Both the position numbers and the translations under genes were made by a program. Shown here piece by piece: positions 54,898-64,000 of a stretch of DNA of 64,000 nt. Location of the stretch: assembly GCF_009914755.1 (NCBI RefSeq), contig NC_060931.1. One strand, 5' to 3'. This DNA is from the human T2T-CHM13v2.0 reference genome, Homo sapiens. Position 1 is the first letter of the stretch. Each line of letters starts with the position of its first letter. The notes below the pieces were generated by a model that was given only the letters and a program-made list of their open reading frames with translations, was not told the DNA's origin and did no database searches.

Positions 54898-56849
54898 GCT
54901 GCCAAGCAAGGGGCTCCGTTGGGTGACATGCAGCCCCACCTTGGCCAGGTGACCCAGCCCCACCCTGCCCACTGCACGTAGGGGTGGGTGTTGCTCAGTC
55001 CCCTTCACCTGCCGATCCAGAGTATGGAGCCCCCCAGTAAGTCCTCCCCAATTCTGAGGCTTTCAATCACAGCCCCAGCCCAGCGTTTTGGGGACCCGTC
55101 CCTTCCTTGCCTTGGCCACACTCTCAGCGCAGGGCATTTCTGGAGGTTGACACACATGGCTGCATTCCTCGCAGAGGAGGGTCCACAGCCAAATTGGTAG
55201 CAGGAGGAGGGATAATCACCCAGAAGATTCTGGAAACTTCAGCCTCAATGCCTCAGAGAGCAGGAAGATGGGTGCCCCATCCTGAGGACTGCACGGTGGC
55301 CTGGATCTTAGACCTACAAGGCAGGACCCCAAAACAGTTATTAAGTGGCATGTTCTCTGCGCCGCTGCACACTCAATTGCCATGAACGATGGGAGCTGAC
55401 CGCTGGCAAGTTCAGGCCAAGGTTTCTCCTGCAGGCATGAGGGCCTGCCCCCTGCACAGCCTCTGGGCCCTGTTCCTGCGGGGACACCTGTCCGTCCCCT
55501 GTGCTGGGAGGAGGGGCCTGAGGCTCACACTCCTTCCATGCTGGGCCTGTTCTGCCGGGCACAGATGTCACACATGAGCAGGAGCTGGGAGGGCACACAC
55601 AAACATGGATGAGTGACCGTGCCTTACTGCAAAGGTGGATCCTTGGGGCTCAGGCCCCTCCAATTCACCTCCACCCCATACGCCTGGTCAGTCCGCTCCA
55701 TCACAACGGTGATGTGTGTGCTCAGCAGAGGCTGAAATGGCCAAGGTCCTCCTCACGTCTTTGGCTTCTGTAAAGTCAGTTCTTGTTTGAAGCTGGGGCC
55801 ACAATTCTAAGGCAGTTCCTGATTTCAGATCCTCCTGTTCACAAAATCAGCTTCCCACAGAAAAAGAACCAGCTCACTCCACCCTGGAAGAAGGGCAGCG
55901 AGCTGGGTACCAGGACAACCATCAAGTCCTGTCATTTATTTTTAGGAAAAACAAAACCTCTTACTTTGATTAATTTCCTTATTTCAGGTTCCTAATTGCA
56001 CAGATTTATTTAAACTCTCTTAAGAGTAAGAAATTGTACCAAATTCAGGATACCTACCAGAATTGTTTGTTTTATTTTTAAAGTCCAGGAGTTACTTTTT
56101 GGGAACCGCGCTCTCCATGCTACACATTCCTCCTTCATTCGTTTGAAGACATTAAGAGCAGCAACCTCAACTATATTTATTCTAAATGGCACGTGGTTTT
56201 AATCAGCTCTTGGTTTTTAATCGGCTCTGGTTTTTTGTCCTCGATTTCCTGAAATGGGATAATACCTTCAAAAGAAGGATGTTTGCTGAGTCATTCTTCG
56301 GGACTAAGAAAACATTTCTAACCTTGCTTTCACAGATAAAAAGTTAAAGACAAGCTTTGAAAAAGTATCTGATGAAAATCCTTGAACATTAAATACTGCA
56401 GGTGCAGGTAGCCAGGCTATGCCGGGGATGAAATGGTTAAGCTAATCTCAGAGAACTTCAACCGGTAACTCTCATGTGCTGGATTAAAATATAGTATGAC
56501 CCATGAAAGAACAGTACCAAAAGTGAGAATAAAGTGAAGAAAGGTAGATGTATTGCTCAGGATTGCTGAGACATGGCACACGTGAACCACACAGCCTACC
56601 CTGCTGTAAACGTGAACTTTAGACATGTGGTACTTCAGACACATAATTTAAAAGGTAAACAAGCTTTTTAGCAGTACTGGGCTGACTTAGTTGTAGTCTC
56701 TGATGAAAGAGGAAAAATCCAGTTCATAGTTTCTCAGTCATTGTTAAAGCACCAAAGCCCTCTAACAAAAAGACCTTATCATCTCAAGACCCCCTTAGGA
56801 AATGTGAGTTATATCATCATTATCATCATCATCATCATCATGGAAACAG

Positions 56850-57000
56850 CCTCTCCCACACTTTGATGTGCATGTGAACCAGCTGGGCCCTGTTAAATGA
56901 GTATTTCTATTCCCTGGGCCTGGGACGGAGCCAAAGATTCAGCATTTCCAAAGCACTCCCTGGTGACTCGTCCGCTGGGCTGCCCACCACACTGAGAAGC
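56850..57000. mobile_element. MER5A-like hAT relic (similar relics near 20340-20490, 25760-25830 and 58450-58600)
   Basis: ctgggcctgggacggagccaaagattcagcatttc...ctccctggtga. Confidence 0.5.
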
Positions 57001-57162
57001 AAGGGCATCACATGTAGAAATCATCCGTAAATTGAAAACTTGGGTCAGCACATTATAAAAATTGTTAAAAGTAAATTTAACAAACTCTTTACAATTTGTT
57101 TTCTGGATCCAAATTCTTCATCACCCGGATAACAAATGATTGGCCTTATACAAATTATTTTA

Positions 57163-57428
57163 GGCCAGGCCCAGTGGCTCACGTCTATAATCCCAACACA
57201 CTGGGAGGCCTAGAGGTCAGGAGTTCAAGACCAGCTTGGCCAACATGGTGTTTAGTCTCTACTAAAAAATACAAAATTAGCTGGGCATGGTGGTGCATGC
57301 CTATAATCCCAGCTACTTGGGAGGCTGAAGCAGGAGAATCACTTGAACCTGGGAGGTGGAGGTTTCAGTGAGCCAAGAATGTGCCACTGCACTCCAGCCT
57401 GGGTGACGGAGCAAGACTCCATCTCAAA
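57163..57428 (+). mobile_element. AluS with internal deletions, followed by a (TG)n(TA)n microsatellite to about 57515
   Basis: Alu consensus; tgtgtg/tatata runs. Confidence 0.88.
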
Positions 57429-57440
57429 TATATGTGTGTA

Positions 57441-57476
<36 letters not shown>

Positions 57477-59812
57477 CACACACCCTCCAGTGTGTGTATG
57501 TGTGTGTGTGTGTGTATAATTTTAAATTAATTATGTGGGGAAAATCATACATCAACTAATTTTTACAAATGTATTAGGTTCAGTTTTAAGACTGGATGTA
57601 TATTTAAATATACATTGTAATTTAATTAAGATTTAAAAGACAAAAACTGCTTCCTGGCCCTGATGATTAGAACTCTTACACTTGAGCTAAAAAAAAAAAA
57701 AAAAAAGGTTTATTTTGAAAACTTTATTTTTAAGTGATGAGATAGGAAAGAATATTGCCTTCTGCTCCTTTAGACACCTGTCCACAAACACCACTCGCAT
57801 TGTGGGTGAGAGGAATCTGCACTTACAATAATGAAAAGACAAATTAGATCCAATTGTTACTACAGTTTCCCCTTTTAACCCTGATATTTGCTACAGGCAA
57901 CTGGATATGCCACGTGAGACCTTATCAGAGGATGGGACTGACACTTTAGGAGGATAGTCTGAGGTGAATTTGAAAAATAATTTCTTTTTATCTTCCTCTT
58001 GAGCTCGCTACATTTCCAGTGTGCTGGGAATTACTACCGTCCACTGTAGATACAGGTTAATTGACACAGAACAAAGAAGAAAAACTACTTAAAACTCTGT
58101 AAAAGTCCCCCAGGGAATTAGCAAGTCTCAGCTGGTGGCAGCTCTGGAGGGCACAGGTGCTGTGGGTCGTTAACAAAACCAGGCTTGGGCTCAAAAACAT
58201 TTGAAAAATGTGAGTTGAAGTTTCACACACTCTTCTCTGTGGAACTCCGAACCTTCACTATTCCAAAGGGCCACGCTGGCTTCCCAGGAAGGATCCTGCA
58301 GACGCTGCCAAACGCCCCAGCCACAAAAACGTCCACCCGCTGCCTCTCACTGGGGCGCAGCAAACCAGACAACAGAACTGAAGTTGAAAGACGTGACCAG
58401 GGCTGTTAAACGCCATCCAGCCCAACGGTTTTCGCTCTTAAGCCCCTGCAGGGCCTGTTAGAACAAAGCTGCGGGGCCCAGTCCCCGAGTTTCTGACCTA
58501 ATGCGTCCGGAGCAGGCCAGAGAACCTGCATATCTAACCAGTTCCCAGGCAAGGCCGGTGCTGCTGGGCCGCGCTCCTCACGCGGCGGGTCAGGCAAGCG
58601 GCTTGCACACGCGAGGGTGTGACAGGCTCCGGGCCACGTCCGCTGGGAGCTGGGCTCTGCGGCTTCCCGCCTCCCGCTCGGAGTCCAAATGTGTGAGGCT
58701 CGGAGCACTCAGGGCGCCCTTCCGGTAATGGGAATGTTATCAGCTTTATGAAGTCTGGTGCTTTTCTATTTTCATTATGTTAAAGCTTTTTTAACTATGA
58801 CATTTTCGTGCCTTCCCAGGCAAAGCAGCAACAACCCACTTGCGGAGCCGCAGAGGGGAAATCATCACTCCTTCCTGGAAGGAAAGATGAGTTTTATCAT
58901 CTCTTGTGTTTTAAGTTATCCTCAGACCCTCTCCCCGCCCGGGGCTACAGCCAAGCAAACAGAGCACTGCCCAGGGACTCCAAGGGTCTCAGAGCCTCTG
59001 TACCCCCCGATTTCAGCAGATGGAGCGCCCCAGTTCAGGAGGCCCCAGTGCTCGCATTCCTGCACCCAGGACGTGATCAATGGGCCAATCCTGAACGGGA
59101 GAACAGCCTGCCTTCTGCTGGGAAGCCCTGTTCCCATCCCCGACACAACGCCAGGCTGAGGCTGAGGCTGCCTTCTTGTGAATCTTCCAACCCTGTCCCC
59201 AGTCTGGGAGGCAGATCCAAGAAGACAGCTCTGTCAGCAGTCGCAGGGGGGGACCTCCTGCCTCCAGACAGCACAGCAGAGGGAGGGGCAGTGCCAGAGC
59301 CCCGGCCACCCTGTGTTGGAGTCAGAGACCACCAAAGGCGCTGTCACAGCGGCCTTTTCTGTGTAGCCAGGCAGAAAAGTCACCAAGGAGGCCAACGCGT
59401 GTTTCGGCAGCCCTGGATTTTTTGAAGTTTTATTTATTGAGGATATGTTGACCCGCCTGGAGCTTTCATTATCGATCTACTTAGTGTCATAGAGTCAAGT
59501 TCTACCCCTGAAAGTGAGACAGCCTGAGCCACCAGCACCGCGCCCAGCTCACATCGTGGCTTCTAACCGCGTCACCATCCTCCTAGCTCTGCGGATGCCT
59601 GCGATGTCCGAACTGCCTTAAGGTGAGGCGAGTGTCAGCACTGAACACAAAGCCTCAGGAGTGATAAAGCCGTCACGGAGTAAAACGCACCATCCTCTCC
59701 TCGTTCCGACTCTCTGCTCCTCTCCCTAGAGCTTGATTCCATCCCAGGGCCGGGAGAAAAGTGAGAGAAATTGATCTCAGCAGCTTCAAGCACAAGAAGA
59801 ACTGGCTTGCTC

Positions 59813-59997
59813 TGGGGTAGGCAAACCATGGTCTGCCACTGCCATATGTTTCTGTATTAATAAAGTTTTATGGAAACACAGCCACGCCCACTTGCTTACA
59901 GATTGCCTATGGCCACTTTTGTCCTATAATAATTCAATAGTTGTGACAGAGACTGGCCTGAAAGGAAACAATTTTTACAAAAAAACTTAGCCAACTC
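59813..59997. mobile_element. MER58A-like hAT-Charlie relic
   Basis: ggcaaaccatgg...aataaagttttatggaaacacagccacgccc...gttgtgacagagac. Confidence 0.7.
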
Positions 59998-60416
59998 TTG
60001 ATTTATTAGAAGGAGATCAGGTTCTTCACAAGATCAAAAGAAGGTTAGAAAACTGACTTGGAGAAATGGGCAGGAAACAAGACAGGTGCCCACCAGAACA
60101 CTGTCACAACCACACAGCACCATCACATCTGGACCAGCCCTGGACACAGCCACCCCTCAGGGGTCCATGGCCACCAGCCCCACCCCTGCTCCTCGGGACG
60201 CCTTCCTCCCGGCTGCACTTGCCGAGTCCCCTGGAGCACGGAAAAGGCTGTGTCAAGTGGTCTCACATCCCCCAGTTCACACAGCGAGGCTAGGTGGACA
60301 CACCCAAACCTGGACGTCACCACACACCACGCTGTTGATTCCACAGCCTGATTTTACAATAGAAAATAGATTCTTTTCTTGTCAAATTCACGCTGAGCCA
60401 CTTTTCCCTCACCCCC

Positions 60417-60863
60417 AGCCACTGTGTCCATCAACTACTGTGTCCATCAGCCACTGTGTCCATCAACTACTGTGTCCATCAACTACTGTGTCCATCAGCC
60501 ACTGTGTCCATCAGCCACTGTGTCCATCAACTACTGTGTCCATCAGCCACTGTGTCCATCAGCCACTGTGTCCATCAACTACTGTGTCCATCAGCCACTG
60601 TGTCCATCAACTACTGTGTCCATCAGCCACTGTGTCCATCAGCCACTGTGTCCATCAGCCACTGTGTCCATCAACTACTGTGTCCATCAACTACTGTGTC
60701 CATCAGCCACTGTGTCCATCAACTACTGTGTCCATCAGCCACTGTGTCCATCAACTACTGTGTCCATCAGCCACTGTGTCCATAAGCCACTGTGTCCATC
60801 AACTACTGTGTCCATCAGCCACTGTGTCCATCAACTACTGTGTCCATCAGCCACTGTGTCCAT
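60417..60863. repeat. 16-bp VNTR, 27 full copies in two variants
   Basis: actgtgtccatcAGCC / actgtgtccatcAACT. Confidence 0.95.
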
Positions 60864-61373
60864 ATGACTTTCACCACTGGCCCCTTGACTCCAGGATGGG
60901 ACTCTCTTCTCATCCATGTGTAATTCCAAACTCACATTTGACTCAGATACCCAGTCTAAACCTTTCTGGACTCTAATGTCACAATACCAGCTTCTCTCTA
61001 CCCTCACAGCTGTGTACCATGTGCAGGTTTAATCAACAGGTCCTTGATGTCTTCATCTGACTCACTGAAACAAGTAGGAAAAAAGAAAGCAGAAGAGGTG
61101 GATGGAAGGATGGCACCCCTTCCTCCCCCGGCCTGTCTCCCCACCAGGTTTCCCAAACTGGAAGCATCCGTTCATTGCACATCTCTGAAGAGGCAGAGCC
61201 GGCACCACAAGAATGGAGGACTTGGAAGTAACAGTACCGAACACTGATGATTCTACTGAGAGAATGGAAAGAGCTCCTGGTTACGAACAAAAAGTTACAG
61301 ATATTAGTCATGTTACCATGGACAAATCACTCACTCTGTCTGCACCTGTTCACTTGAAACATTATTGGGAACT

Positions 61374-61664
61374 GGCCAGCCACGGTGGCTCACGCCTGTA
61401 ATCCCAGCACTTTGGGAGGCCGAGGCAGGCAGATCATTTGAGGGCAGGAGTTGTAGACCAGCCTGGCCAACGTGGAGAAACCCTGTCTCTACTAAAAATA
61501 CAAAAATTAGCCAGGCGTGGTGGTGTGTGCCTATAATCCCAGCTACTTGGGGGGCCAAGGCAGGAGAATCGCTTGAACCCGGGAGTCGGAGGTTGCAGTG
61601 AGCCACACTCCAGCCTGGGGGACAAGAGTGAGACTGTCTCAAAAAAAAAAAAATGGAAAAAAAA
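61374..61664 (+). mobile_element. AluS
   Basis: Alu consensus; TSD-like attattgggaa on both sides. Confidence 0.9.
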
Positions 61665-61849
61665 TTATTGGGAATTGTTTTATATCATAAAAGCCTAGAA
61701 AATTAAGAAAATGCAGAAAATCTCAAAGAATAATACAATACCAGTTAACTCATTACCTAGAGATAAATTCCTTGTTAATATTTTGGTTTTCAGCTACTTT
61801 TCTTTGCATATATGAAAGACCTGGGGTCATACTGTACACACACCTTTAA

Positions 61850-62300
61850 TTTTTGTCCAACTTATACATCCTGGGGTCCATGTCCAGGATGTGCAGGTTT
61901 GTCACATAGGTAAGTGTGTGCCATGGTGGTTTCCTGCACAGAGCATCCCCTCACCTGGGTATTTAGGCCAGCGTCCATTAGCAATTATTCCTGTGCTCTC
62001 CCTGCCCACCCCCACAACAGGTGCCCAGTCTGTGTCGTTCCCCCCCCATGTGTCCATGTGCTCCCGTCATTCAGCTCCCACTTATAAGTGAGAACATGCA
62101 GTGTTTGGTTTTCTGTTCCTGTGTTAGTTTGCCGAGGATAACAGCTTCCCGCTCCATCCATGTCCCTGCAAAGGACATGATCTCACTCTTTTCTACGGCT
62201 GCATAGTAGTCCATGGTGTGTACGTATGTACCACACTTTCTTTATCCAGTCCCTCACTGATGGGCATTTAGGTTGGTTCCATGTCTCTGCTGTTGTGTAC
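61850..62300 (-). mobile_element. L1PA (older primate subfamily) 3' end
   Basis: gtgcaggtttgtcacataggtaa...cagctcccacttataagtgagaacatgcagtgtttggttttctg. Confidence 0.85.
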
Positions 62301-64000
62301 ACACAACTTTATAACCTGCACTTTTTACTTATAACACATTGTGAACAATTCCCTGTCCTTAGTATTTCTCATCATGAATTTTAATCACTGCTTAATAACT
62401 ATTTCTACACATGCACATCATCTAGCTAACCAATTCCCTCTTGAAGAAACTTTACATTGTTTCCAATATTTCCCATTAAAAATAATACTGCAATACGCAA
62501 TCTTGATTGTAAGTCCTTGGAGAGATCTCTGATTTTTTCCTCTTAGGATACATTCCCATAAAAAGAATTCTAGATATTTTAAAGGTATATATGTAAGACT
62601 TTCAAAATATCTTGCCAAATTGCCCTGTCACCAACAGAATATGAGTGAACCTTGAAACCTCAGCTTCTTAATTTGTTAAAATGCAAACTATGTTCCCCTC
62701 CTCACCCTATAGGGTTGCCGGGAAAATCCAAGGCTCTAACAAAAGTTAAAACATGAACTCTGATGCAGGTAGGATTATCATCGCATCATAAATCACTCAG
62801 GGACCTGCCTCTTTTTTCCCACTATATCACTGAGGCATAAGTCTGAACCACTGTTAGTCAAAAAAATGCATAAATGAAATAAAATAATATAAACCCATGG
62901 GACACTTCTGGCAAAATGAAGCCTCCAGGCAAGGCCATGCTTTGGGACCTGCTGATGCGATTTGCTGCCACCTCCAGAACCACCAAGACGGAGTAAAAGC
63001 TTTTCGTTCCATGTGCAGCTGTGTGTGCTCCATGAGCGTGCAGAATTCTCTCTGTTGGCTGGTTCCCAGGCCATTCCTTCTCTACAAAGGTGACATCTAA
63101 TCATGCACAATGGAACACCTGTGTGGTGTCCAAGTCCCCCGTTCACTACCAGAGAAAAATTAATGCAGGGCTGTCAACAGGCTCCTAAGGTTAAATAACA
63201 ATAGTTTTAAAATCCTGAGCTGTAACACAAAGGCACATTTAATTTGAAAGCATGTATTTCTGCCTCTGCCTTTTGGTTTAGAGGACTTCATTCTGCCCTG
63301 GACAGTGAGAAGAGGGAATGGGGAGAGGAAGAGGAAGAAAAGGAGTGTGAAGTAGGAGGGAACGGAGGAGCCGGGGTGGGAGGGGGGTGGGGTGACCTGA
63401 GCACGCGCCTCACTCCTGGAACCCTGATTCTTCCACCGTACACGTGTATGCCATCACCATGCCCTGCGTCCTTAAGGGGTTCAATGTGGTGCTAAATAAC
63501 ATGAGCCCAAATAGTGCCTGCCATAAGCAGGCATCCAGTAATCCCAAGTGGTGGCTGTTAACAACACACTGAGTACCACCTGGCAGCTACAGTGGGTCAG
63601 ACGCTGCACCGGGTACAGCAGGAAGCACAGAGCCCACCGCGCGTCCTCACATGTGATGGCCGAGGGGCCACCTCAGGGCTGCAGAGGGTGAGGAGGGCAA
63701 AGAGCTGGAATTTCCAGAGGGCTTGGGACGTGCTCTGGTACAGGGCACACAAGGCCGGTGCTGAGACACTGTGCAGCTGGGAGAGGGCGAGTTCTGTGGG
63801 GAAGCACAGAGAAAGCAGAGGCTCCATGGGAGGCTTCGGCGTCGGACAACCCCAGTGGAACAGGCGGGCCATTAGGAGAACACAGGAAAGTGAGACACAC
63901 ACAAGGAAGTCCCCTCTCCCCGGAGGTGCCAGACTCAGGTGGGGCTGCCACTGGCAGCAATCATGAAGAACATGGCCAAGGCTGCGGGCTCCACAGTGAG

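Noticed and set aside
53477-55008. Gly/Arg/Glu-rich and Pro-rich ORFs of 170-430 aa
   Set aside because: Translations of the C/G-rich low-complexity repeat; no splice or domain support.
56010-56260. Possible minus-strand exon (tttcag...ctg|gtaggt)
   Set aside because: In-frame stops between the apparent acceptor and donor in the frames checked; peptide not recognisable.
59530-59552. REST/NRSE-like CAGCACCGCGCCCAGC
   Set aside because: Lacks the GGACAG half of the RE1 consensus.

Overview
Human (primate) genomic DNA from a GC-rich, minisatellite-dense subtelomeric region. The window lies inside PTPRN2 (IA-2beta/phogrin, 7q36.3), which is transcribed on the minus strand. The only protein-coding sequence I can support is its 51-nt exon 2 (47390-47440, encoding (G)CLLEEGLCGASEACVN(D)), embedded in a CpG island. 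Intron 1 lies to the right and intron 2 to the left. The rest consists of about 14 VNTR/minisatellite arrays, 14 Alus, old L1 fragments, a near full-length Tigger1, two solo LTRs, MER5/MER58/MIR relics and a Y1-RNA retrocopy. The long ORFs in the track are tandem-repeat or GC-content artefacts. I found no convincing new biological system. The best leads are: (i) a 134-bp non-TE direct repeat plus an inverted Alu pair that both bracket the in-frame-skippable exon 2; (ii) a possible degenerate copy of a downstream PTPRN2 coding exon in intron 2; (iii) a 61-bp VNTR carrying tandem RFX X-box half-sites; and (iv) several VNTRs with informative internal structure. Repeat subfamily calls and PTPRN2 protein comparisons come from recalled consensus sequences, not from searches.
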